Positions 22,349-30,700 of a stretch of DNA of 40,403 nt are shown piece after piece. Every line of letters begins with the position of its first letter. Positions within the stretch are counted from its first letter, which is position 1. The stretch spans positions 1 to 40,403 of the forward strand of contig JBJDZF010000378.1 in the NCBI GenBank assembly GCA_051867855.1. The letters run 5' to 3'. Below the pieces are notes generated by a model. The model saw only the letters and a program-made list of their open reading frames with translations, made no database searches and was not told the origin of the DNA. Source of the DNA: Eubacteriales bacterium (GTDB taxonomy: Bacteria; Bacillota; Clostridia; Oscillospirales; CAG-272). The translations under genes were made by a program, and so were the position numbers.

Positions 22349-22809
22349 CGCATATTTTGCTTTAAGTTTCTGATTCTGTTTTCAAGCTCCTGATTTTCTT
22401 CTTCAAGTACAGCGATTTCGATTTCTTTTTCTTTGCATCTTTTCTTCAGTTCGAATATGTATGTACTGACGATTTTTGCGTTTTCAATGCCGCTGCTTTG
22501 GATTTCAAGGTCGATGCTGCAGTGATCTTCCTGAAGCTTCTTGATTTCGTTTTCCTTCATGATTTCCCTGACACGGTCATGTACGGAATTTATCGTCCGA
22601 TTCATTTCTATTCCGTGTCTTTCGATCATGGATTTCTTTTCCTTTTCGTGCTCTTTTGCTTCTCTGATTTTCTCAAAATATAAATCTTCGTTTTCCTTTT
22701 TCAGTTTCAGCACCTCTTCTCTTTTATCGAAATAAAGCACGAAGAAAACGACAGCTGTTATAATGAGTATAATGATTACCGAATACATGAATCCAACCAA
22801 CTCTGACAT
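22345..22809 (-). CDS. N-terminally anchored coiled-coil membrane protein (154 aa)
   Basis: Start at ATG 22809 (AAAGGAG SD). TM helix FMYSVIIILIITAVVFFVLYF, then a Lys/Glu-rich heptad-like sequence. Very AT-rich. Confidence 0.7.
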   Translation of the reverse strand: MSELVGFMYSVIIILIITAVVFFVLYFDKREEVLKLKKENEDLYFEKIREAKEHEKEKKSMIERHGIEMNRTINSVHDRVREIMKENEIKKLQEDHCSIDLEIQSSGIENAKIVSTYIFELKKRCKEKEIEIAVLEEENQELENRIRNLKQNMR

Positions 22810-22830
22810 GATATCACTCCTTTCACTACT

Positions 22831-22859
22831 ATTATACATCATTTTTTATTGTTTTTCAA
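22831..22859 (-). promoter_or_regulatory. Near-consensus promoter
   Basis: Minus strand reads TTGAAA (22854-22859), 17 nt, TATAAT (22831-22836). Confidence 0.7.
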
Positions 22860-22867
22860 TTATTCTG

Positions 22868-22896
22868 TTGATTTTTGTTCCGGATTATGATATAAT
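22868..22896 (+). promoter_or_regulatory. Near-consensus promoter, back-to-back with 22831-22859
   Basis: TTGATT (22868-22873), 17 nt, TGaTATAAT (22888-22896). Confidence 0.75.
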
Positions 22897-22920
22897 TCAA
22901 TATAAAAGAGGTGTATTGAA

Positions 22921-23430
22921 ATGATTGAAGAAATGGATTTTTCCGATTTTGTTATTACGATCTGTTATGCTTGTCAGGTAGCCTCATTGATCTGTATCTA
23001 TAGATACTACGATTACAGAGAAATCAATGAATATTATCATATGAAAGCAAGAAATAAGGTAACGCACAGCTTCTTGAAAAACCTTTTTGCGATTTATTTC
23101 ATCCAACACCTGATAGGATTTATATTATATTTCATTGCTTATTGGTATATTTTCACCGATTTCATTATCATGATACCGCTTGGCTTAATGTGCTTTACAA
23201 TTTCCGTATTGCTTCGCTTGATGAACAAAAAAAAGAATTTCGGTTTTGGATTATCTCTCATTTTATTTTTTATCTTATTTTTGCCTATGTCATATCTCTC
23301 GCTTCGGTATTGCGATAAGTTCACGGATTATTGTACAGAATCCTTTTATTCATGTTTTTGTTTATATATTTTACCAATGTATGGGGTTTTATTTATCGAT
23401 TATAATACATATCTTGATAAAACCGAATAA
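22921..23430 (+). CDS. Polytopic membrane protein (about 5 TM helices, 169 aa)
   Basis: AAGAGGTG SD. Aromatic/Cys-rich hydrophobic segments. Very AT-rich. No recognisable family. Confidence 0.75.
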   Translation: MIEEMDFSDFVITICYACQVASLICIYRYYDYREINEYYHMKARNKVTHSFLKNLFAIYFIQHLIGFILYFIAYWYIFTDFIIMIPLGLMCFTISVLLRLMNKKKNFGFGLSLILFFILFLPMSYLSLRYCDKFTDYCTESFYSCFCLYILPMYGVLFIDYNTYLDKTE

Positions 23431-23612
23431 ACCCTTATTATAATTCATTTATATATTATCATATTTCCAGGAATTTTTCAATAACCAATTAAGACGGAAA
23501 CGGAACCGCTTATTATTTTTCCGATACCATCCGTTCCGAAAAGTCGGAAACGGTCGAAGTCTGTAAGACGATTTCCTGTTTCCGTGTCTTATTTCTATAC
23601 AGTATTTATAAT

Positions 23613-23645
23613 GAAAAAGAGACAGTTTCCGGTCTCTTTTTTTAT
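23613..23645. terminator. Bidirectional terminator
   Basis: AAAGAGAC-agtttccg-GTCTCTTT (23616-23623 / 23632-23639) with A5 before and T-run after. Confidence 0.7.
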
Positions 23646-24310
23646 TTTCCGAAGATCCACATCTTCCGTTTCTTTTTTTCCGGCTCCTTGGTTTCCGCGG
23701 CTTCTATCCGCATGATATCGTTTGCGTGTAAGGCCTGTGCGCCCTTCGTGCTGTCCATTGCATCTGACAGCGCCTGCGTCAGGTTTGCATTCTGTGATAG
23801 CAATGATTTGATCTGCTCGTCTTTTTCCTCAATCTGCCGTTTCAGAAACGCGCACGTTCCGCGAAGCTCTTCCTCCGAAACCGACAGGATCCGTATTGTT
23901 TCGGTTGCAGCCGAAAGTTTCAGCTTCATCGCTTCGGTTTCACGCTCCATTTCCGCCATGAAACCTGAAATTCCTCGGTTTCCGCTGACAACTTTTTCAC
24001 CTTCGGTTTCACCTGTTTTTTCTTCTTCTGACAACCCGGAAAAAGTTTCCCCCGTTCCGGTTTCAGAATTGGCCCCGTCATATCCGGTTTTTTCGGTTTC
24101 ATCTATGGTTTCAGTGGAAACCGGTTTCACCTCTTTTTTTCTCTTTTTTTCATCGTTTTCCGAAACCAATATTTTCTCCGCTTCTTCTGTCAGGTAGATG
24201 GTCTTATCCTCCGCCGTGAAAAAGGTTTCACGCGGAAGTTTCAGCACGCGCTTATAAAGCGCCTGTCTGGATATCCCCATTTCACCCGCAAGCTGCCGTA
24301 TCGTTTTCAT
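23642..24310 (-). CDS. HTH protein translationally coupled to rep (plasmid replication-associated, DUF536-like arrangement)
   Basis: 222 aa. MKTIRQLAGEMGISRQALYKRVLKLP HTH, acidic Thr/Glu-rich linker, C-terminal coiled coil. ATGA overlap with rep. Confidence 0.55.
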   Translation of the reverse strand: MKTIRQLAGEMGISRQALYKRVLKLPRETFFTAEDKTIYLTEEAEKILVSENDEKKRKKEVKPVSTETIDETEKTGYDGANSETGTGETFSGLSEEEKTGETEGEKVVSGNRGISGFMAEMERETEAMKLKLSAATETIRILSVSEEELRGTCAFLKRQIEEKDEQIKSLLSQNANLTQALSDAMDSTKGAQALHANDIMRIEAAETKEPEKKKRKMWIFGK

Positions 24311-25368
24311 CTTTTCCCGCCTCCGCTCCCGTCAGATGCAAGCATCTTGCAGAAATACCTGTACCGGCTTGTATGTACATCCCTCGTCTGCATCTCATCG
24401 TATTTCCGCTTGAGATAATGATATCGGCATATGTCCGGATCGTCAAACCGTGTTCCGACCGTATCGTCAGGAACTGCTTTCACAAGGTCATAGAGATACC
24501 GCATTTCGCTTTCATCAAACTCTCTGTCGCAGGCGTCCGCTAAAAACTCAAGCGTTTCGTCCTCGTAGGTATGCGCGACCTCCTCGAATTCCGTGATATC
24601 GACGCATCCGTCCCCGTCCGTTTTCTGCATATCCATATACGCACGCAGAGACAGCGGATCGGAAAATGCATCGTTTTTCATGATCCGGAATACGACCGCC
24701 GTGACGCGTCCTCCGCGCCCGTGCTTTTCAAGCGTATAGGTATACCTGATATCCGTGTTTTCCGCAAGCGCCGTCTGGCATGCGTCCAATACGCACGCTT
24801 TGAACCGGTCGAATCGGTCATAGGTTCCCGGCTCGATTCCGAGCAGAGACCGTATTTCCGGCAGCGTGAAGCGCCGCTCACCAAGTTTTTCATACTGCTT
24901 CAGAATTTCATACATGCGCAGCTGGTTTTTCGATTCAAGCCGGAGTGCGTTCCACAGCTCGTAGCGGAAATATTCTCGTTTGAACCGGAACAGAAGCGGC
25001 ATAGCGTCCTCATGCGCGCGGAATGTGATATACCAGCCGTCCGGCCGATGCTCGCACCGGCAGCGGTCGAACAGATGGAACTGCTCATACCCGCCGTCGC
25101 TTGTATCAACCGTTATAAGGCGTGAGACAAGCCTTGCGGTTGTTTCCTTAAGCTGTGCTAAATTGATCTTTTTCAGCTCCATAATGCGCTGAAAATCGGC
25201 AAGCGCGAATTCCTGCGACCGCGTTTCCTCATCCATGATATTGATTTTTGACAGGTAAATCGAGAAGAAGCGAAGCTCCTGCAGCGTCATCTTCGTTTCT
25301 CTGACTTCGTTCAGCACATTTCGCTTGGTCACAATCGCGTGTTCGCGTATTGTTTTCATAAAGCCCAT
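24307..25368 (-). CDS. rep: Rep_3-family (RepB-type) iteron-binding theta replication initiator
   Basis: IVTKRNVLNEVRETKMTLQELRFFSIYLSKI, YELWNALRLESKNQLRMYEILKQY, FTLPEIRSLLGI..YDRFDRFKACVLDACQTALAENTDIRYTY and GRGGRVTAVVFRI follow the Rep_3 pattern. Start is ATG 25368 or 25359, because the track start 25395 lies inside the promoter. Confidence 0.8.
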   Translation of the reverse strand: MGFMKTIREHAIVTKRNVLNEVRETKMTLQELRFFSIYLSKINIMDEETRSQEFALADFQRIMELKKINLAQLKETTARLVSRLITVDTSDGGYEQFHLFDRCRCEHRPDGWYITFRAHEDAMPLLFRFKREYFRYELWNALRLESKNQLRMYEILKQYEKLGERRFTLPEIRSLLGIEPGTYDRFDRFKACVLDACQTALAENTDIRYTYTLEKHGRGGRVTAVVFRIMKNDAFSDPLSLRAYMDMQKTDGDGCVDITEFEEVAHTYEDETLEFLADACDREFDESEMRYLYDLVKAVPDDTVGTRFDDPDICRYHYLKRKYDEMQTRDVHTSRYRYFCKMLASDGSGGGKR

Positions 25369-25383
25369 CACCTCACCTCTCTG

Positions 25384-25412
25384 ATTATACCACATTTCAA
25401 CACCTTTGTCAA
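25384..25412 (-). promoter_or_regulatory. Perfect consensus rep promoter
   Basis: Minus strand reads TTGACA (25407-25412), 17 nt, TGgTATAAT (25384-25392). Lies between the iterons and rep. Confidence 0.85.
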
Positions 25413-25471
25413 CCTTTTGGTGTGATGTTCCGTTTTCCCCTGATGAAATGCATTTTTATCAGAAATATTGA

Positions 25472-25677
25472 GGTGGGAAGTTCGGAATATTGTGGTGGGA
25501 AGTTCGGAATATTGTGGTGGGAAGTTCGGTTCGTTCTGTGGAAATCCTGTTGAAATCGTGTTTATTATCTGTGGAAGAAAATATTTCGAAGTGGGAAGTT
25601 CGGAATCTCGTGGTGGGAAGTTCGGAATATCGAAGTGTGAAGTTCGGAACATCGTGGTGGGAAGTTCGTTTTTCTAT
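25472..25677. repeat. Seven 22-bp iterons in two clusters (3 + 4)
   Basis: GGTGGGAAGTTCGGAATATTGT-type units starting at 25472, 25494, 25516 and at 25590, 25612, 25634, 25656, with exact 22-bp phasing within each cluster. The spacer holds two DnaA-box-like 9-mers (TGTGGAAAT 25537-25545; TGTGGAAGA 25570-25578; 7 of 9 to TGTGGATAA). Confidence 0.9.
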
Positions 25678-25740
25678 CCATTTATTATATTAAAAGAATA
25701 TAAAATATATATAAAAAGATAGATAGATAGATTATATGGA
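25668..25740. other. AT-rich stretch next to the iterons (candidate DNA unwinding element)
   Basis: tttctatccatttattatattaaaagaatataaaatatatataaaaagatagatagatagattatatgg. Confidence 0.5.
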
Positions 25741-25778
25741 AAACGGGAAAATTTTTCGTTTTCCGTTTTTCCACATCC

Positions 25779-25809
25779 GAAAAAAAGAGAAGCACCGCTG
25801 AAAACGGTG
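25779..25809 (-). terminator. Weak candidate terminator after the 91-aa gene
   Basis: 5-bp stem CACCG/CGGTG. On the minus strand it is followed by CUUCUCUUUUUUU. Confidence 0.3.
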
Positions 25810-25830
25810 ATCCCTTTGTGTTCCGGCTGC

Positions 25831-26106
25831 TTAAAGGCGGCGGATATGTCGTTCCAGCTCTTCCGTCTGCGCTTGGAAATGATCGATTAAGATTTCTCCG
25901 AGTTCGATATTCCCGAATTTCTCCCGCGCGGTTTCACACCAGCGTTTCATATCGTGTATGCGTTCTTCCGCTTCCTGCTTGTGCATTGCGGAAAGCTCGT
26001 GATCTCCCGCTTCTTCTGCGTCCTCCGCATATGCAATCTGCATCCGTGCGTCCTTTGCGTTGTCCTCCATCGTTTTCACAATGGACTTATAAACATGCTT
26101 CATCAT
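25831..26106 (-). CDS. Hypothetical helical protein (91 aa)
   Basis: GGGAGGA SD 7 nt upstream. Confidence 0.6.
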   Translation of the reverse strand: MMKHVYKSIVKTMEDNAKDARMQIAYAEDAEEAGDHELSAMHKQEAEERIHDMKRWCETAREKFGNIELGEILIDHFQAQTEELERHIRRL

Positions 26107-26110
26107 ACAA

Positions 26111-26449
26111 TCATCCTCCCGTGATATGACGGTATATGGATTCTATATCATGCTCCGTAAATGTGATCGGTCCCACAATCGGGAACGTTTCTCGCGCGGG
26201 TCCTGTTGCGCGCGCCTGTTCAAGGAACAGATCGCGCAGCTTGTCCGCTTCGATCATGCCGTTCTCCGTCATGATATCCGCTTTCTGCAGATACGTCTTA
26301 TACTGCTCGATCATATCAGGCACCTTTGCCGCGGCGGTTGTCACGGCGGCACGCGCGATCCATTTCTGCAGTCCCTGCATCTGCTGTGCGATCTCGGAAT
26401 CAAAATAATTTCCGATTCCTGTCATGATCTGCTGAACCGTTACCGTCAT
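26111..26449 (-). CDS. Hypothetical protein (112 aa)
   Basis: GAGGTG SD. C-terminal IVGPITFTEHDIESIYRHI resembles a motif seen in small Clostridia phage proteins. Confidence 0.6.
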   Translation of the reverse strand: MTVTVQQIMTGIGNYFDSEIAQQMQGLQKWIARAAVTTAAAKVPDMIEQYKTYLQKADIMTENGMIEADKLRDLFLEQARATGPARETFPIVGPITFTEHDIESIYRHITGG

Positions 26450-26464
26450 ATCACATCACCTCAT

Positions 26465-27106
26465 TCAGTTATTTCCGCAGCAGTTGCCGCAGTTTCTGAT
26501 CGGATTATAGAGCGTCTGCGCGCTTGTGGTCGTACCGGTCGTAACGTCCGCAACCATCTTGGGATAAAACGTTGCGTTGACGTAATTGACGATGGTGTTG
26601 TCGCCGCAGCATCTCTCGTCGCGTTCCCGGTTGATTGCCTGATAGAGCTCGTTCTTGCAGCATATCATGTCGTTTCGAACCATATCGAAGGAATCGGACG
26701 TTTTCTGATTCATGACTGCCTGTTCGCCGAGCGTACCGCGGATATCCTTCAGCTCGCCGTCGATATACTTGTATACTTCGACAAGTTTCTGGTCGCCGTA
26801 GATATTGGCTCGGAGAAGCGCGATTTCGGAATCCTTTGCCGCATTGGACTGCTGAAGACCAAGCTCGTACCGATTCACGACATGGTTTTCGGAACATCCG
26901 CAATCACCGCTTCTTACGGCGCCCGCCATAGCTGCGATTGCCGCGGAAGCTGCCGCCGCTGTTGCCGCTCCGTTGTTCGCGTTTCCTCCGAGAATATTAC
27001 CCAGCCCGCCGTTTGTGAGCGCTCTCAGAACCTCAATGCCGACTGCTGTCGATCCGAGTGCGATTCCTGCGTTGCCCTTTGCATTTGCACCTTCTACTGT
27101 TGCCAT
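26465..27106 (-). CDS. Gly/Ala-rich, Cys-cluster protein (213 aa)
   Basis: Start at ATG 27106 (GGAGG SD 9 nt upstream). Gly/Ala/Asn-rich N-terminal third, coiled middle, Cys clusters GDCGCSEN, MICCKN, RCCGDN and C-terminal RNCGNCCGNN. Confidence 0.65.
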   Translation of the reverse strand: MATVEGANAKGNAGIALGSTAVGIEVLRALTNGGLGNILGGNANNGAATAAAASAAIAAMAGAVRSGDCGCSENHVVNRYELGLQQSNAAKDSEIALLRANIYGDQKLVEVYKYIDGELKDIRGTLGEQAVMNQKTSDSFDMVRNDMICCKNELYQAINRERDERCCGDNTIVNYVNATFYPKMVADVTTGTTTSAQTLYNPIRNCGNCCGNN

Positions 27107-27158
27107 AGTTTTTAACCTCCGTATCACTTGTTTGTGCGCACTTCTTACCGGTATTAAG

Positions 27159-27167
27159 ATTATATCA
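27159..27167 (-). promoter_or_regulatory. Extended -10 (TGATATAAT) without a -35, directly after the late terminator
   Basis: Plus strand reads attatatca. The -35 position reads TGGCGG. Confidence 0.45.
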
Positions 27168-27208
27168 CAAAAAAAGGCATCCCGCCATGGACGGAATGTC
27201 TTTTTTTT
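27168..27208. terminator. Bidirectional terminator ending the long late operon
   Basis: Imperfect 11-bp hairpin at 27176-27200 (2 mismatches and 1 G-U pair) centred on CCATGG, with A7 before and T8 after. Confidence 0.55.
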
Positions 27209-27213
27209 GTTGT

Positions 27214-27528
27214 TTATTTGTAATCTGTCAGAATCGGAAGAACCTCACACCCCTCCCATGCCTGCTGCAGCTTCTTGATTCCTCTTGCCTTATGTTTTGC
27301 GACATAATCCCGTCTGTATCCGAGCGCCTCCGCCGCTTCCTCCTCCGTCATACCATCAATGATCACGCATCTGATGCATGTTTCCTCGGACTTTGACAGA
27401 GACACATATGTAAACGCGAAATCAAGCACGCGTTTATACGGCGTTTTCAGTGCCCGCACGACCGTTTCACGGGGCAGCACGCTGTCGCCTCCTCCCGTAT
27501 TTCCGTATCCGTTCGTTTTGTACGGCAA
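27214..27528 (-). CDS. Sigma-70 region-4-like small regulator
   Basis: 104 aa. EETCIRCVIIDGMTEEEAAEALGYRRDYVAKHKARGIKKLQQAW is region-4/LuxR-type. The start is uncertain because the track ORF overlaps the upstream gene by 62 nt. Confidence 0.5.
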   Translation of the reverse strand: MPYKTNGYGNTGGGDSVLPRETVVRALKTPYKRVLDFAFTYVSLSKSEETCIRCVIIDGMTEEEAAEALGYRRDYVAKHKARGIKKLQQAWEGCEVLPILTDYK

Positions 27529-27790
27529 TCACCGCGTTATCGACATGACAGGTGTATGCCGTCATTTCCTCCGCGGCAATTCCGCTTTCCCTCTGTTCCG
27601 CATCGTCCGGATGCGGATTTCTTGCATATGCATATCCCTGCAGCAATGTCAGGATCATATACAGGACGCACAGACAGACGGAAACACGTCTCCACATCCT
27701 GTATAGTCCGTTCAATCGCTTGATTTCCTTCGTTGCCAGAGCAAGCGCACGCCCCTCCGGCGACTGTACTTGTACTGTCGTTTTTTTCAT
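27467..27790 (-). CDS. Single-pass membrane protein (107 aa)
   Basis: Start at ATG 27790, 2 nt after the giant-gene stop. TM helix VSVCLCVLYMILTLL. Confidence 0.5.
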   Translation of the reverse strand: MKKTTVQVQSPEGRALALATKEIKRLNGLYRMWRRVSVCLCVLYMILTLLQGYAYARNPHPDDAEQRESGIAAEEMTAYTCHVDNAVIAVQNERIRKYGRRRQRAAP

Positions 27791-27792
27791 AT

Positions 27793-30700
27793 TCAGATTC
27801 CTATCTTTTTCAGTCCTATGCTTCCTATCCCGATGCTCGGAACGGAGAAGGAACTTTTCGATATCTTCTGCGCCTTGTATGGATTTGACGACTGACTGCC
27901 GCCCGTTGCGATCCATAGCGCGCTTGCCTGTCCCTTTCCGAGCAGCAGACGATTGATTGCGCTTTCCCGCTCCTCGTTTGATATATAGCCGTCCTGGTTT
28001 GTATCGGCGTTATTGAGCACCCATAGATAGATATCTACGTCAACACCTGCGTCGATTGCTGTATGATACCTCTCATATGCGCCGTCCGTAAGAACGGTTT
28101 TTATGGCGGTATCCAGTGTCTTCCCGGAAAGCGTCGTTTCCCATATCGCGGCGATCTTATCCGCGCTCGATTTCGCTCCCATCAGCGCATCGGTCACGGC
28201 AACGGCTGATTGTGCGTCAAGCCCGTTTGCGATGAGTTTCTTATACGTTTTCGGGTCGACTGTAAAACCTGTCGCAAACGGGAACGTATCTCCGATCTGC
28301 ATGATTCTGTCATCGCTGTATCCCATCTCCGAAAGCCATGCAAGGAACCGCGTTGACCGCTGCGCCGCCGTAATGCTGTCGTCTGCGTTCAGTCTAGCGT
28401 TTTCCGATCTGATTTTCAGAAATTCCTTGTAAGTCATGCCGTAACCGAGTATCGCGTTCACTTTGTCATCGTCGGTATAACCGATGAAGTTTCCGTCGTC
28501 ATCTGTTTCCTTGGTTGCGATCATGCCCTCGTAGACAGCCCGCATTGCGTCTGCATCCATATCGGTTGCAAGCAACAGATCTATTTTTTCAAAATTCCTG
28601 TCCGCCTCCCGTATATTCCGGACGGTATTGACCGCCTCCGCATAATCAGCTCCAGCCTCGACAGCGCTGTCGACTGTATTTTTCTGTCTGTCCGTAGCGA
28701 CGTATTCATAATAAAGCTCTGCTTTTTGCTCATCATCAAGCTCCGTTAATCCGTCTATGTACGCGGCCTGTGCAATGGCTAGCGTTTCGTTTTCTCTTTT
28801 CTCCACATCCGAAATACCGACCGCGATCTCGTATGCCGTTGACGGCTTAACTCCCGCATCCGTCAGTGCCTGATAGGCTTCCGTCTGCTTTTTTTTCAGC
28901 GTATCGAAATTCTGATTGACCCATTTCTGCTGTGAAAGCGTTCCGGACTTACCGAACAGCAGCGCACGGACGGTATCTGCTCCCGTCACGGTGTATTTCA
29001 GCTGTCCCTGCTTATAACCGTCCGTATAGTCTCCCGCCTGAAGAATAGAAAGCACGCCGTTCAGTGTCTTTCGTAACTGATTGCCTCCGGTCACAGTAAC
29101 GGACATAATGTCAAGCGCCTGCTGCATCAGATGGTAGAAAAGCTGCGCTTCCTCGTCCTTCTGTGCCGCCTCGATCTGGGCAATCATCTCCGGATCAGTC
29201 TCTTTCCTTTTATCCTTGGCAAGAGAATCGATTGCCGAAATATCGCCTCCTGCTTTTATCGCGTTAGAAACGCTCGGAAGGTTCACGGGAAGTCTTGAAT
29301 CTACGTCAGCTCCGAATGCACGTGCTGCGGCTAAAATGGAAGAACCGAACGGTACATCGTCGATAAATTCCGATACGGTTTTCCCATACGATTTTGCGCC
29401 TGCTACGATCGCTTCCAGAAGTGTCATGTCGTTTTCCTCGTCCTCATCACGGTCTCGGACGAACTTCTTGATGACGTTTACTAAGATTCCGTTCAGAACG
29501 CCGGATGCTCCCGTTATGAAATTGCCGAACAGAAGGCCTAAGATATCGAACATGGAGACCGTTCCGAGACCGAGCGCCGAAAAAATGTTGTTTGCAATCC
29601 ATGCGGCTGCCGCCTGACTTGCCGCAAACTTTGCAATCGTTTCCGCGGCCGCTTTCTTCCCTTTCGTCTGTTCGATCCGCTTCCACTCCTCCGGAAGCGT
29701 TTTCGAGATATTCTCCCACTGTGCAAGCGTTTCACGCTGGAACAGCGTCATAAGCTGTATGATAACGTTTTTCGACCGGAAAACAAGAGGTGATGCGCCG
29801 CGCAGTCTGGATGCAAGAATCGATCGTGCCTTGCTGTCTGCATACCGCATTGCTTCCGCTTCGTTCATTCCGTTATCGATTCCCTGCTGAAAGAATGAAT
29901 AGACAGCGAATTTTGACATGAAGATATCCGTCTGTTCCCATGTTTTTTCCGCAAGGTCGACCGCTATGTCTGCGGCTTTTACAATCCGCTCTGACCCTGA
30001 CGCCGCAATGTCCTTTTCGTAAGTTGTGCGCTGCATTTTCGTTTTCTCTGCAAGAAACGTCGACTTTTCAGAAATCCGATACCGCTGCTCCAGATCGTTG
30101 TTCGGATTGAATACAAGCATAGGCGCCGAAAACGCATGCTTTCCCGTTTCCGCTATGACATTCGGAATCTGGGAAAGCTGCCGGAGCGAGGATGCAACAT
30201 TGAACGTCATCATGGTACGGTTCGACCACCTGATCAGTGCGCCTGCCTTTCGCAGTGTGGTTCTCCCGATTGTGTTTTCCTGATCGCGTGACAGAATCTG
30301 CTTTCCGGCGAGATCGTCGGTGTAATTCTTCAGCCATGTGACAAGAGGACCGTAATCCTGTGATGCTTCCCTTAACTGTCTGTCCTTTTCGTTAATGGAT
30401 ATTGCATCCTCTCCCGTATCCGTCAGATCATCCAGCATATCCGCGCGTCTGTCCTGTGATGCTTTATCGAATTTGTCTCGGATATAGCTTTCAAGAGTTC
30501 GCAGCTTCATGATATCGTCGATATGGTATATGGCTTCGTTTGCCGCGTACAGATACCGCTCCATATTGGCGGCAGCATCATATACGGTTTCCGTTCCCAT
30601 TCTGCGCTGTGCAAAGGAAAGCCATTTTCTAAACGGTCTGAAATCAGCCGTCAAACCCGCAATGGACGCCGGAAGGTCAGTCACTTCGTCAAATCCTGCC

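Noticed and set aside
23494-23584. CGGAAACGG-like motifs (four copies) downstream of the replicon as a centromere or parS site.
   Set aside because: The same motif occurs inside coding DNA elsewhere (for example ccggaaacgg at 367-376). The copies are imperfect, and no partition protein gene is present.
25472-25677. Repeat array that could be mistaken for a CRISPR locus; it also produces repetitive peptide ORFs in the track (25368..25652, 25468..25722, 25490..25693).
   Set aside because: The 22-bp units abut directly with no unique spacers. They sit between a rep promoter and an AT-rich stretch next to a Rep_3-like gene. Iterons are the better explanation, and the ORFs are repeat shadows.
25718-25732. 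(GATA)n microsatellite.
   Set aside because: It is short and sits inside the AT-rich origin-flanking stretch. There is no independent signal beyond low complexity.
26126-27115. 329-aa plus-strand ORF, and similar long antisense ORFs such as 786..1376, 2072..2689, 6144..6605, 15013..15588, 31165..31794 and 35303..36042.
   Set aside because: They lie antisense to well-supported minus-strand genes, lack SD sites and have Arg/Cys/Ser-rich shadow-frame composition.
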